Of a stretch of DNA of 64,000 nt, positions 1-19,744 are shown piece after piece (the first letter of the stretch is position 1; every line of letters begins with the position of its first letter). The DNA is taken from assembly GCF_009914755.1 (NCBI RefSeq), contig NC_060933.1. One strand, 5' to 3'. A model generated the notes under the pieces. It saw nothing but the letters and a program-made list of their open reading frames with translations, had not been told where the DNA came from and searched no databases. A program made the translations under genes and the position numbers. This DNA is from the human T2T-CHM13v2.0 reference genome, Homo sapiens.

Positions 1-1126
1 GGCCAAGTAGATAGCAATATCTCCACCCCCTTTAGGCTTTTCCTTTCTGAGCTGATCATAACAAATGCTCCTGCTGAAACGGTAATGGTTCAGTCCAGTT
101 CCACCCCACTATTCTCATCATCAACATCAACCAACATTTAGCAAATATCTACTGTGTACAAAGTTTTTCAACAAAGTCAGATGGTCCCCACTTCCTTTCT
201 CTGTCCTCCTCCAAGAATATCATTAATGAAATTCCATAGCCTCTCCTTCCCATATATACATCTCTAATATTCTATTTCTGATGTACTTAAAAGTCATTGA
301 TGACGAGAGGGAGAAACGGGGGAATGGAAGGCTTTGCAAACACATGAATATATTGGGAAGCATTCATACTTTTCTGTGTTTTACTTTTGGTTCATTGGGA
401 ATAGGTCCAGTCATTCCTATTCACATGATTTTGATTGGCTATTCTGCCCTTTTGCCTCTAACAGAAGAACCATGAATGTTAAACAATGTTCTAACAGTAA
501 CTTTCTTAGGTAGATCCCCTTTGAAAATTAATATCCATATATTTCTGTGATCTAGTTTATCCTCTGCTGAAATATCTGATCCCCTAGGTTAGATTTATTT
601 TTCCAGTTTGGGGATTAGCTCCAGACCCAGTGGAATTTTTAATGAACATGGTTCTACAATAAATTATATTTTCCCATTGCCAAATTATATTTGCAATTAA
701 GTCTTATATTTGTTTAATAAATTGTAACATATTGGAAAACAAATTTTTCTTGTTTTCCAAACTTTTACAATAATTTCGCATAGCTAATTCTACAGCAGTT
801 GGTTTTTGTAACAACATAACATTTTACATTTTTACATAACATTCAACATTTTACAATTTTGAAAAAGCATTTTCTACTTGGAAATAAGTGATGGGGCAGG
901 TAATGTAATTGTTGGTTTTGTAATTTATTTAGCACTTTCTCCATAAATTTAAAATTAAAATGCTATTAAATATTTGTAAGTATAGATGTCTTTGGGAATT
1001 GAGAGTCTTTTGAGCAAATTAAAAAGAAACCGATCTCCACTCAATTTCAGGTATTAAAAAGCTCTACAATATAGTGTCAATACTGTCAAATCCCCCACCC
1101 AGAGGAAGAAATATCTTATAATCTAC

Positions 1127-1289
1127 CTGACTGGTCTGGAGTATAAACAGGTTTGTCTGTATGAATGAAGAGAAATCCATTGTCATAGGTTATTGGCATT
1201 CTTTTTGATTTTGAAAAATGCTTTGATACAACTTCCAAATACACATAAGAAACTGGGTTTTGTCCTCCAGGCAATTGTTTTGGTTGTAT
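1127..1289 (-). CDS. C5: Complement C5 exon 3 ([54 protein letters not shown]); gene continues beyond the left edge
   Basis: ttttccag| acceptor, |gtagat donor, 163 nt; contains the TDKPVYTP motif typical of the C3/C4/C5/A2M family. Confidence 0.98.
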
Positions 1290-1658
1290 CTGGAAAAGAA
1301 ATTGTTGATGGAAAAAGTATAATAATTCTAAAGTTATTAAACCATTAACTTTCTAAATACAACTGTAATCTCATTAGAACAATCAGTATGTATATGTAAT
1401 CATTTAAAAAGTGATACAGGAGCAAGAAGAGTAAATAAATTTTGCCCGAAGCCCTTCAGTGTCTAATTACATAATAAAAATTTAGCTTTAAGCAATTGAA
1501 AGTCTCTTTGGTTCCATGTTTCCTAAATTTTATATACATTTAGTGAAACTACTACTATAAAAGCCTTTAAGAAACCTTCACTCAATTAGTTTGCTGGGTT
1601 ACCCCATGCTCCCCATTCCCTTTGTGAAACCTCCTGACCGATTCTCTGGACCCTTAGC

Positions 1659-2019
<361 letters not shown>

Positions 2020-2315
2020 TGAGTTGAGATGCTCATTTTCCAATTTATGTTTGTAATTATCCCCTTTACATTCAATGATATGTAAATTTAATGCATGAAA
2101 AGTGATAAAAAAGAAAAGTGTATCTATGAAAAATTAGGCTTTGGAAACACGGGATGAAAGTTAATTACAAAAACCAACTGCTGTAGAATTAGCTATGCGA
2201 AATTATTGTAAAAGTTTGGAAAACAAGAAAAATCTATAAATATTCTGCACCCAGATTGCTTTGTAAGTGCCTTTAAGTTCTTTCTCCCCTTTTAAGAAAC
2301 AGAAACTATAGAACA

Positions 2316-2780
<465 letters not shown>

Positions 2781-2843
2781 TTAAAATATGTATTGACTAT
2801 GATTGCCCCACCTTAATCTAGTTTTTCAGTTAATCATATAGGT

Positions 2844-3040
2844 CAGCACTGTTCAGAGAACTTTCTGTGATGACAGAAATATTCTATATCTATGCTGTTT
2901 ACTATGGTAGCCAATAGCTACCTGGGGCTATTTGAACACTTGAAATGTTGCTAGTGCAACTGAGATACTGCATTTTTAATTTCAGTTAAATTTGTTTGAT
3001 TTAAATTTAAAACTAAGAGCCACAAATACATTGTATCAGA
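2844..3040. mobile_element. MER3-like hAT-Charlie DNA transposon relic
   Basis: gaactttctgtgatga...aatattctatatct...atggtagcca motif resembles MER3. Confidence 0.6.
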
Positions 3041-3064
3041 TAAAAGAGTGTCTTTTGAAAGTAA

Positions 3065-3247
<183 letters not shown>

Positions 3248-4313
3248 TGAATTTTAATTGTTAACAAACCTAATAAGTGGAAGAATTTGTTAAGAGATAT
3301 GAGCATTTACTGCTAAGAACATTAAAGAATTCCTATGTTTGACTAGAAATTTTTTAGATTAGTGTTTCTTAAACTTGAGTAATATGCATAGTCCTTTTAA
3401 AGGACAAAAGTCATGGAGGACCCTCAGCATTGGCTTTTTATTATTTATAACATAATCAAAATAATTTTTGATACAAAGATACTTAAATATATACAAACTT
3501 AAAACGGTACAATCTTATGCTTATGATTTTTGTATAATTAAAAACTCAAAACAAATTTATAAAATAAATTCAAAATGTTACAAAATCAATATAATTCGAA
3601 TTTTAAGCTCTTTATTAAATTTCCATTTTTAATTTCTTTATAAAGAACTCACTTTAGAGAAACTCTGGTCTAAATGAACTGCAGAGCCCATTTTACGTCT
3701 GATATTCTTTGATTTTCTTTATTAAGTATCAGAATTTTTAGTAAAAATAAGTTGCAAGTATGTCTCTAAGCAATCTATACTACAATATCTTAATAGGAGA
3801 GTTATTTGATCAAGGTTGTTCTTTCTATTAACTGCAGGTTGTCAATGAGAGCTATTCACTTTAGTAATCACAAATTTTTTAGTTTTTGAAACTATAATTG
3901 TAGAATATTAGAGTTCAATCGAATGTTCAATAATATCCATGGATTTTTGTGGGCAATGTACTACAGATAAAATCATACTCATATTTCTCAATTTCTTTCT
4001 AATAGTAATTTTCATAGCAAACAAGTATTTTCAATTATCTCCAAATATTTTCACATTAGTACAACTTTATTTTCCAATAAGAATGTGAAAATGGACATGC
4101 ATTGCTCAAAAAGCAGACATAACTTCTGTTTAGAATTTTCTGTTTCTGTTAGAATTTTCACTTACATTATCATTAGTGACTGACATCATCTAATAATCCC
4201 ACAGTGGATGTAAATGATTAAATCTATATGTTATCAATATTCAAACTTTGTACACATTTTTATTGAGAATATTCTGTATATATATATAAAGAAAATAAAG
4301 GATAAATACATAC

Positions 4314-4506
4314 TGTTAAGATTGCAGAGTTTTGGAATTTATTCTCTGAGGATAAATGAACATGGCCTGAGGAGTAACTAAATTTTTTATCAGGATAACT
4401 TTTAATAGAGATTGTTGCATCAAATGCTTCAGTGTATCCATAAACTTGAATCACAATATTTTCAGATGCTCCAACACGGAATATTTTTGGTGCTGAAATG
4501 ACATAT
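4314..4506 (-). CDS. C5: Complement C5 exon 2 ([20 protein letters not shown]...[10 protein letters not shown]1 domain)
   Basis: ttcaacag| acceptor, |gtatgt donor, 193 nt; lies within ORF 4260..4535; in frame with exon 1. Confidence 0.98.
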
Positions 4507-4854
4507 CTGTTGAAAAAGGAAAAGATAAGGCTCAATGTCTTTATATGACATATTTTCTTTTACTTTTGATTTTTTTCTCTCACTTGAGAGATTCCATTTA
4601 AAATACATATATTTCCTCACTTAAAAATGATACTAATAAGTCAAAATGTACTTGTGACCCACCATAACTTCAGCATAATTTCCAAGTAGTTTGGAATTAA
4701 GACCTGAGAAGCTGGAGGTTTAGTTTACATTTAGAAAGTTAAGGTGATAGCAGCACTTTCTCTTAGCTACTGCAGCCAAGGAAGACTTTTAATCATGTTG
4801 ACCAGAACATGTAAATGGGGTCAATATTTTTTGCTCAATGAAGAAAAAAGCAGT

Positions 4855-6240
4855 GATTGAATTCCAGCTGTGGCATCTGCTGGCTGAGTGACCGTGGTAA
4901 AGTCACTAAGTCTTTCTGAGGCTAAAATAACTTACTGTGAAAATAATCACCTTCTTTACCAGGCTCTGGTAAAGATTAAATAAGAACATATATATGAAAA
5001 GGTCTAGCACTCTTAGTACTCAATACATGTTAAGATTTATTAATCTCACTAAATTAGTTTAAAGGGAGTGATCTTAGAAATACTATGTTATACTAGTAAA
5101 CGGATAACGGAAAGGATAGAATATGAGTGAGCTGGGAAGTGCATTTGGAAATGGAAATAGTGATGATGGTCCTTTAAGAGCAAATCATCATCTTCAAACA
5201 ATAATGGTAATTAAGTACTTGCCACATATCAGAGGCTGTATCAGCACTTTACATACAGCTCTTGTTAATTTTTACAATAAGCCAATGATGCTGGTACTAT
5301 CATTATTCGTACTTTGCAAGTGGTAAAAGGCTAACTTGGCTAAGGTTATACGGTTTGTAAGTAAATGGGGGAGGCCTTTATATCAGTTCTCAGTTGTTAT
5401 GTGTACAGTTGAGGTCAAGTTTATATGTTATTCACAACCATAGACTGTTCTCTTATTTTTACTTTTCATGTGATTTATACAATAATGGAAGTGAGTCTAT
5501 ACATGCTTTTGAGTGATTTTTAAAAATTATTTTATTTAAAAACTTACAAATATAAACTGGATTACTAAGTGTATATCACAAAAGTATCTAATTTGAATAG
5601 CGAGAACTACATACGCTATTACATAGGAAAAAAAAGTGTTTTAACCCAAAAGGGCATAGTGATCGACTAATTCAAGTGGCCCAACAAGCTTGGAGGGCAC
5701 CCACCACCCCACCTGGCAGAATTATTCCAGGCTTCTGCCAACATTGTGACATTTTAAGAGTCTGGTAAAAGCAGGAAGTTTTTAGTAACAATGGAATTAA
5801 TTTATCAGCAATTAAATCCTTTAAAGCATCTGACAGTTATCCTGCATTACAATTAATTTGGATCCACTTACAGGCAAATTACAAAAGAGAGGAAAGAATT
5901 TCCAGATTTCCAACCATCATCTGAATTCCCCTTCCCCACATGCCTAGTAGGAGATGGCAGAAAATGAGAGGAGTTCAGTTTTTATGATAATAAGATATAT
6001 TTACTGAAATTTTGCCCTGTGATAAGGCACTATTCTGAATACTTTATTTGTATAAACTCATTGTGTCATTACAACCACTCTGTGAGGAACTATTACTCCA
6101 ATTTTAAGGTGAAGAAACTGCTAATTAATTTTCCCAAGGCCACACATATAGGATTTATGAATTCTATAATTCACAAATTATAGAATTAGAAATCGAACCT
6201 GAGCAGCCCGTTTCCAGAATTAACATTTTCAACTGTTGTA
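4855..6240. mobile_element. Several MIR fragments (about 4855-5030 +, 5200-5350 -, 5990-6240 -)
   Basis: MIR core-like motifs (gtcactaagtctttctgag; attttaaggtgaagaaactg; cccaaggccacaca). Confidence 0.6.
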
Positions 6241-6368
6241 CTAAATGGAATTTATAAAGAGTTTTGTAATTAGAAAAATTTAGGGATATAAGGCTACTTT
6301 AATTTCAGTATTTATAGAAGCTTTATGTTTTTAAGTTTAGTATTGCTTTAATTTTGAATTGTGTATGG

Positions 6369-6710
6369 TAGGGGTCCCCAACCCCTGGGCCATGGACAAA
6401 TACCAGTCCATGGCTTGTTAGGAACCAGGCCACACAGCAGGAGGTGAGCAGTGGGGCAAAGGAGCATTACCACCTGAGCTCTGCCTCCTGTCAGATCAGT
6501 GGTGGCATTAGATTCTCCTAGGAGCATGAACTCTATTGTGAACCGCACATGCGAGGGATCTAGATTGCAAGCTCCTTATGAGAATATAATGCCTGATGAT
6601 CTGAAGTGGAACAGTTTCATTCTGAAACCATCCCCACCCCAATCCTGGTCCATGGAAACATTGTCTTCCACAAAACCTGTCCCTAGTGCCAAAATGGTTG
6701 GGGACTGCTG
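6369..6710 (+). mobile_element. MER1B (hAT-Charlie MITE)
   Basis: Termini aggggtccccaacc...ggttggggactgctg; 8-bp TSD-like gtgtatgg/gtctatgt. Confidence 0.9.
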
Positions 6711-6929
6711 GTCTATGTGATGGTAGCCGTCAAGCAAAAATACATAGTGTTTAGAAGCCCCTAAAAGAATATTCTGGAACCACCCTTTATAAAGATTTTG
6801 GTTCTTATTGACTTATCAGTAGCATAAACTATCCATATAAATAATTTCATAGTTTTCTTTGTCTTTCAATTGCTGCAGAGGATCAGGTTACTGAGCTTGC
6901 AGAGAGGCAAGAATGTTATTTTGGCCTCT

Positions 6930-7262
6930 ATCTGGAATGCTCTTTCCTCAAATATTTGCATGGTTTGCTTCCTCACTTCCTTCAGGCTCTGTTTGAGTGC
7001 AGCCTCCTTAAGAGAACCTTTCCTGGCCACATTTTAAAATAGTGCCCCATAATTATTTTTTAATTCTCATACTCTGCTTTATTTTTTTCTTCATAATACT
7101 ACCTACCTGACCTTACACATTCTTTCATTGGTTCATTCATTCATTACTTGCTTCTCCCACTAGAATGCAAGCTCTAGGAATTGTCTTACCGTTTGCTATA
7201 TCTGCAGTGCCTATCATATGTTTAGATGCTCAATAAATATTTGTTGAATCAATCAATCAACC
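6930..7262 (+). mobile_element. L2 3' end
   Basis: ctggaatgctctt...ccactagaatgcaagctc...gctcaataaatatttgttgaat. Confidence 0.8.
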
Positions 7263-8309
7263 AATTAATTAAAGTGATTGATTGCCATGTTGTAAATGGT
7301 ACACTCTGACTTCTTCAGAGAAAGTGAGGAAATAATTTTTATTAAGGGCTAGTAGAAAGAATTCAGAATAAGTCTGGACAAGAATCATGGAACCCAGGTC
7401 CTAGCCCTAGTTCTGCCACCAATTTGAAGTCACTTAATTTCAGTCTCTCTAAGCCTTAGCTGCTCGTCTTTCAAAAAGAATAAAGGCAGGATGCTAAGGT
7501 AGTTGAGTGCTTGTGGCCATGTAAAAAGATCACAGATCAGAAATACGAGGGTGCTAAAAAAGAATGATATCCTAAGTATGTGTTTATATATAATATATTT
7601 ACATGTATACATTTATGACAAAATGAAAAAAATTGAAGTGATAAACAGGAGACCTTAATAAAAATCCTGTTTCTCTCTCTCTAGAACTGTGACCTTTGGT
7701 CAGTCACTTCCCTTATCTGGACTTATTCTCATATATAAAATGAATAGGTTTGATTAGATGATCTGCAGTTACTTTTCAGTATTAAAATATTTCTAGATAT
7801 AAGATCATTATTTTTAAAACATTACTTAAAATGCATATTATCTCAATAATGACACTAAAAATTGTGAAAAGTCAGCTCATAAATGTATGGTAGAAGTCAC
7901 TACAACAACAGATTTTCAGATCACAGTATTAGATTGACTCCTAAATAACCCTGGTTTAACTGTGTATAGTCTATGAAAAACACAAAGAAAACTAAACACC
8001 AAGTTAAAATAAGCAAAAAATGTCAAGAAAGTTTATTATCTGGAGTTTCTTTTGTGCTTTTTTGAAGAGGAATTTGAATAATCACTTACGTAAATTTTAA
8101 TAAATAACAATTCCATAAAAGCTGTCATGTTGTTAGCTACTCATCAAATCAAAATGCTTCCATGACTTTCTCATTCAGAGATGATACTATTCACTTGCTG
8201 TTCTCAGAAGTAGCAAGTTATTTTCAAGTTAACAGAATCTGTTAAATTTAACTCTTCATTCGTCATAACTAAGATGCATTGAAAAATGAAGATAGCTTGT
8301 TTTACTTAC

Positions 8310-8374
8310 GTTTGCTCCTGTCCCCAGGTTTTCCCCAGGAAGATTAAAAAACAAAGTATTCCCAAAAGGCCCAT
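8310..8374 (-). CDS. C5: Complement C5 exon 1, coding part (signal peptide [18 protein letters not shown] + QEQT)
   Basis: Reverse complement reads ATGGGCCTTTTGGGAATA...GGACAGGAGCAAAC|gtaagt; 65 nt, phase-2 donor; matches the known human C5 N-terminus. Confidence 0.98.
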
Positions 8375-8480
8375 GGTTGGAGGTAGCAGGAAACCACGGA
8401 TATAACACTTTTGAGGATAGTCTCCTTTTAAATAAACTGAACTTGAAGAATTCAGATAATCTGGTTAATTATTAATGTCA
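8375..8480 (-). promoter_or_regulatory. C5: C5 proximal (liver-type) promoter and short 5'UTR, with an HNF1-like site and a TATA-like element
   Basis: GTTAATTATTAAT at 8464-8476 (HNF1 consensus GTTAATNATTAAC, 1 mismatch); TTTATTTAAAA on the minus strand near 8426-8436; directly upstream of the ATG. Confidence 0.7.
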
Positions 8481-9250
8481 GAAAGGTGAACCTCTAAGTG
8501 GGAAAACTAGAATTGGAACTAAAACACCCTTTCATGCCCAGGAATACAGATAGGGAGTACTTTACAGGAACTTACACCCAGGGAATTTATTTTTATTAAT
8601 ACAAATAAAGGGACCCTAAAATGGGAATTTGGCACTATGAAGAGTGGCTCAAAGCTAGAAACCAGTAAGCCCATTGCTTTGGCCTTTCTTCTCTTGCCCA
8701 GGGCATTTGCTTTGATGTTGCATCATCTGCAAGCATACATCTGGCAGGTCCACTCTAATACTGATGAAGACCCACCTGGACTCAGTTTCACACTGAAATG
8801 ATTTTAGAAGGGGCCTGGTTTAGACAGGGCTCACAAGATGATCTTTTTTTGGTGACCTGAATGGCAGTGTCCTTGGTGCTGCAAATGGTCTGAGCATAAC
8901 CTAGCTCTGCAAAGGAGGTCTAGGGAATTGTTCCTTGGTCTGTCTCAGTCTAGAGAACACTAGGTGGAGGAAAGTTGTGACTGGCAATGAAAACGCCATG
9001 TGGAGGATGCTGTCGTCATTCTCTAAGTATTGGAGAATAGATATTCTCCAATATTTATTAAGGCATATACCACTCGTTCAAAGTTTGTCTTTATTCAGAT
9101 ATAGAATATCTTTCTTTTAAAGAAAACACATGTTATACTTTTCAGTGAGGATTTTAATAATTTTAATATAAGAGCTCCAGAAAAACAAAGCTTCCTATAA
9201 CAATTGAGTCTAGTAATTAATTCACAATATACTAAAATTTTATCTTTATA

Positions 9251-9582
<332 letters not shown>

Positions 9583-10302
9583 TTATGTTCATTAGAATTT
9601 TTTTATTTACTACCTTCTCTTTTTTAGTACTATTTTTACCTTAATATATAATATGTACTCTTCTTTAAAATAATAAAACAGATGTCTCTAAACATATTTC
9701 TATAATGAGATATTTATGATATATAAATGAGATATTTATGGTCACATTGGCATTCTTTGCTTTGAATTAATAAATAATAAACCAAAAATATTTATAAACA
9801 CTTTAATGCTGAATTCACTAGGGAAAAAAGGAGCACAAAGGGAAATTTGATATACAAATTTCACTAAAGGTATCTCTTGCATATGTCATTGAAATGACAA
9901 ACATTTGCCACTATTGTCTGATCATCTAGCCCATTTATTTCAAAAGGGAATCTGTGAAATGATTAAGCTGGGTTGCAAAAGATGGGTCAAGTTAAAACAA
10001 ACAGTACTTTTGCCATCATTTTTGGGAAATGAAATTTAAGAGAGAACAACAACACTCAAATCAAGGTAGGTAATATTTGTATTTTAAGTGCAAATAAGTT
10101 TGTTTGCTTGAGCTATAGAGTAAATACTGATAACCAATATTTGCAAGCCATTGTCCTGTTTCTCTGGTAGAAAACATTTAGAGAATGATGGATCTCAAAG
10201 ATTCTCAACAGAACTGAAGTTTAACAATTTATAGATTCTAAGCTGTGTTTAGTCAAAATTTTTTATCTACCTTCTAAATGTGGCTCACAGATGAACTTTT
10301 GA

Positions 10303-10602
10303 GGCTGGGCACGCTGGCTCACACCTGTAATCCCAGATCTTTGGGAGGCCGAGGTGGGTGGATCACCTGAGGTCAAGAGTTCAAGACCAGCCTGGCCAAC
10401 ATGGCGAAAACCTGCCTCTACTAAAAATACAAAAATTAGCCAGGCGTGGTGGCGGGTGCCTGTAATCCCAGCTACTTGGGAGGCTGAGGCAGGAGATTCA
10501 CTTGAACCTGGGAGGTGGAGGTTGAGCACAGATCACGCCACCGCACTCCAGCCTGAGCAACAGAGCCAGACTCCATCTCAGAAAAAAAAAAAAAAAAAAA
10601 AG
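10303..10602 (+). mobile_element. AluS-type SINE
   Basis: Full dimer plus poly-A. Confidence 0.93.
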
Positions 10603-11574
10603 ATGATTTTTTTTCTTTATAATTTAAAATGTGACCTTTGGTAAGCCTTTCATTTTTATACAAATACTGCATTTCTAAAAGAGAAGAAACTCAGATCTGG
10701 CAGAAAGTTTGGTGGTCACCTGACCTTCCTGCTAATGCTGCCTCAATTGTCCCCTCATGATTGAGCCCAAATGACCTAGCCTAGTGCACCAGGCCCCTCT
10801 TGAGCCCTGCTTAGTTCTCCAGCCTCAACATTCCATTCTTCACTCCGGCCAAGGAGCTGAATTACCTGATTATTCCCTGAAGTCACCTTGACACCAAGGT
10901 GCTCCTAGCAGGATAATAATTTTGTATCTTTCAAATGGATATTCTTTAGTTATTTTGTACTTACTTGGTAAAATATGTCTGGACACCAATTTTCTATTAA
11001 TACAAACTACAGAACTCTTTTTTACGTATAATAAAAAGATTTTATCATGTATAATTTTCAAAATCAGACAGCTTACAGGGAGGTATATTAATGGGTTGTA
11101 AATTTAGAGAATAAAAAATAAGTGACATTGTGTTTGTTATTGTTTTCAGAAATTCAGCCCATCAGATTGCGAACTTCAAGTGCCTGCTGGCTGGCTAGAG
11201 TAAGAGAGGTGATGTGACCCATAGCTGCCCCAGGTAATTTTCATGTGCCTGTTCCATGTCCAGAGGCCAGTGGAGAAACAGAGGCGTCTCCTCAGAATTA
11301 AATTATTCTAAATGGAGACACGGGAATCATACAAGTTTTGTTCAAGAGTGGTAGGCTGGCACTAGGCAGGTGGGTTATTCTAAGTAAAACCCAGTATTTG
11401 TCCCTCTGACTGCTTTTTGGCTCAAGCCCGCAGTCTCACGTTTTAATCCTTTAGGAGAAAGGCTCTACTAAAAGGCCAACTGAAATCCAAAAAGAACTAC
11501 TTCAGTAACTCTCCATGGGATATAGAGGAGAAAGGCACTGGAGGCTTCGGTGCCAGCAGTTTAAAGACTGACTG

Positions 11575-15938
<4,364 letters not shown>

Positions 15939-16573
15939 AGAATCCTTTTTAGAAGGCACTCTAAACAGTTTTGTCTCTTGTTATGGCATTGATTGCCTTT
16001 AGTAGATTCCGTGTAACCTACTTCTTTATCTCATAAGTTGTAGAAGTTCTTTGCTCCAAAATATCCTTCTCAGACTTTAAATCCGGTGTTGTTTGAAGCA
16101 TTCTTCTCGCTTCTCAGTAATCAGTCTAGCAATTAAGAGGAAATGCCATAAATGTTAATCACGTCTCAATAAGACCTGTAAACTCCACTGCATTTAAACG
16201 AGATTTTATGAGACTCAGACATACAGGATGTATTCTCAGCCTTTAAGGAGCTTATCCAAATGGTGACAACACAATAGCTACCCATTATTAGCTTCCAACA
16301 TTTATCAGTTATTGTGATAATTAACTTGCTAAATTATCTCTCATCTTGACAACCATGCAGAAGGGTGTTATTACCCTCTGGTTACCAATGAGTAAACTAA
16401 GGCTCAGAAAAATGTAGTGCTTCAGGGAACACATCTAATAATTTGCAGAAATTTCGATTTGATTGTTTGGGATCCATAGAAAAAAGCCAGGAAAGATACG
16501 AAACCATGCTGAAGTCTTACCTTCTCTTTGACACCTTCTCCAGATATATGTGTGTATATATATGTATATATAA

Positions 16574-16963
<390 letters not shown>

Positions 16964-17686
16964 TAGGCAAAGGTTCAAATGCACAAGGTGGGAATAAATG
17001 TGACATAATTGAATACCTAGTCTGGCTTATGTCTGGTTCTCCCTTCCTCAATAGAGCTGGAGCAAGACTGGCTGAAATGACCACCAGGCAGATGGCAGAT
17101 TGGGAAGACAAACTGAAAAGGTGAGAGGTGGAAAGAGTCAGAGAATAACTGGATAAGCCACATTCTGGGAAATACAGTGGTTCAAATCCACCGTGGATAA
17201 ATTTGTATTTGAAGATTGAATGGTAACTGGGAAAAATAGAGAAGGAAGCCATTGCTTAAACTATGCTTGAAAGTCACCAAAGCAGTGGGTTGGAATAGCA
17301 TGTCCCAAAAGGCCACTTCACATCCTAAATAATAATGGAATAGGATAGGATTTCAGATAAGGAAGTAGGGAGGAAGTGGAAAATAATAAGGCTAAGAGAA
17401 AATCCAGTGTTAATAATGGAATTTAGTTAAGCATATTTTCCTTAGAGGAATCAAAAGGAAACAACATACAAGGAGGAGATGCTCACTCTCCCTTTATCTC
17501 TCACAGTTTTATAACCTCACCTGAATCTGTTCTTTCTGTACCCTAGACCTTCTAATGAATCAAGCTCAGCTCATTAACCACCTTCTTTGGTTCCACTGAG
17601 CCACGCTTTTTCAGACAATGTTGCTTTTTGTTCAGCATAAGTTCCTTCATCTAATTCTAATACCTGTTACTCATCCAGTGGCTAAA

Positions 17687-18190
17687 TGTGGTAGCCAGAC
17701 TCCAAGATGGCTCCCAGTGGTCCTTACCTCCCTCGTATTCATGCCTCTGTGTGGTCCCTTCCCACACTGTATCACACCGATTCATCTGACCAATAGAATA
17801 CAGCAAAAGTGAAGATGTGTGACTTCTGAGGTTAGGTCATACAAGACATTGCTGTTTCTGCCTTTTTCTCTCTTGAACGGCCTGTTCTAGGGGAAGCCCC
17901 CATGTAGTGAGCACACTCAGGAAGCCTATGGAGAAGCCCACGTAGAAAGGAACCACGGCCTCCCGCCCAGAGCCATGTGAAGTGAATCCTCCAGCCCTAG
18001 TCATGCCTTTAGGTGGCTGCAGCCCAGCTGTCATCTTGACTGCAACCTCATAAGAGAACCTAACCCAGAATTACCTAGCTAAGCCATTCCTGAATTCCTG
18101 CCCATAGGAACTGGGCAGATAATTAAGGTGTGTTGTTATCTTACGTCATTAAGTTTGGGGGAATTTATTACATAGCAATAGTAATTTTAC
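17687..18190 (+). mobile_element. MLT1F-like MaLR LTR
   Basis: tgtggtagccagactccaagatggctccc start; ttacatagcaatag...taca end. Confidence 0.8.
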
Positions 18191-18351
18191 ACTAGATTAG
18201 CTGTTTTTCTAAAAATATAACTTTCATCAAAGCTCCTTACATTCACTACCACCACCCAAATAGGTCCTTGCTCCTCGGTCATCAATGCTTATAATTTGCA
18301 AGTGTACTTTAAGTTCCTGAAGAGCAGCAGCTTCAGGAGCCTACTTTGAAA

Positions 18352-18365
18352 GCGCCACCTGCTGG
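18352..18365 (-). promoter_or_regulatory. CTCF motif
   Basis: Minus strand CCAGCAGGTGGCGC fully matches the core consensus CCASYAGRKGGCRC. Confidence 0.75.
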
Positions 18366-19033
18366 TATTAACTTAATAGCTTCCCAAAGAAAGCTGGAAT
18401 AATTCGTGCTGATTAAGTCAATGCTTAGGTGCGACAGCTTTTCATGGTAAACTCTGGCTTCTCATCTTACATTAATAACTCTTCTGAGAACCAGCTTCTT
18501 TGCTTCCTTGAGATAACAGCTGCTTTGCCTTCTTCTTAAGAATGCTGAAATGCGATCTTTCTTAGCACTGAAAATCACATAAACATTTATGGAGTTCTTA
18601 TGATTACTCTTTCTAGGATTACTGTTTCTTGCTTTTCCAACTCTTTTCTTTCTGCTTCAATTATTTTTAAAAGAAGACATGCTAAAGTCTCTGTTTTTTA
18701 CAAGAAAAAAAACCAGGTATCACAAAATCTTTGAATTTTTTTTTCCTTCCAAAATAACTGCCAAATCTCTCAAAACACTTAGTCTATCCCTCCCCGCCCC
18801 ACCCAGCTGACTCTAAGTAATTTTATTTCCCCCTATTTATCCTGAGACCCCTAGAATGCTTTCTGGATCTCTTCATAAAAGTTATATAGAAAATATTAAA
18901 TTAATAAAATAATTGCCCAGCAGCAGAAGTCACTTGATGTTGGTTGGAATGATTCAGCATTATACTCATTTTACAGACAAAGAATCTGATAATCAGAAGG
19001 TCTGTATTGCTTCATTTAAAAATCCCAGAATCA

Positions 19034-19744
<711 letters not shown>

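Noticed and set aside
4507-4535. ORF-track start upstream of C5 exon 2 as an alternative N-terminus
   Set aside because: Non-ATG start lying in the intronic polypyrimidine tract
10665-10780. Faint similarity to C5 coding sequence near the linker/anaphylatoxin region
   Set aside because: Opposite strand to C5, only scattered short matches, no splice signals; ctgcatttctaa suggests a MER5-like remnant
16018-16075. Resemblance of another reading frame (FGAKNFYNL) to C5 FIGYKNFKNF, suggesting a C5 paralogue exon
   Set aside because: Short, that frame has stops, and flanks do not align; the phase-0 frame explains the segment better
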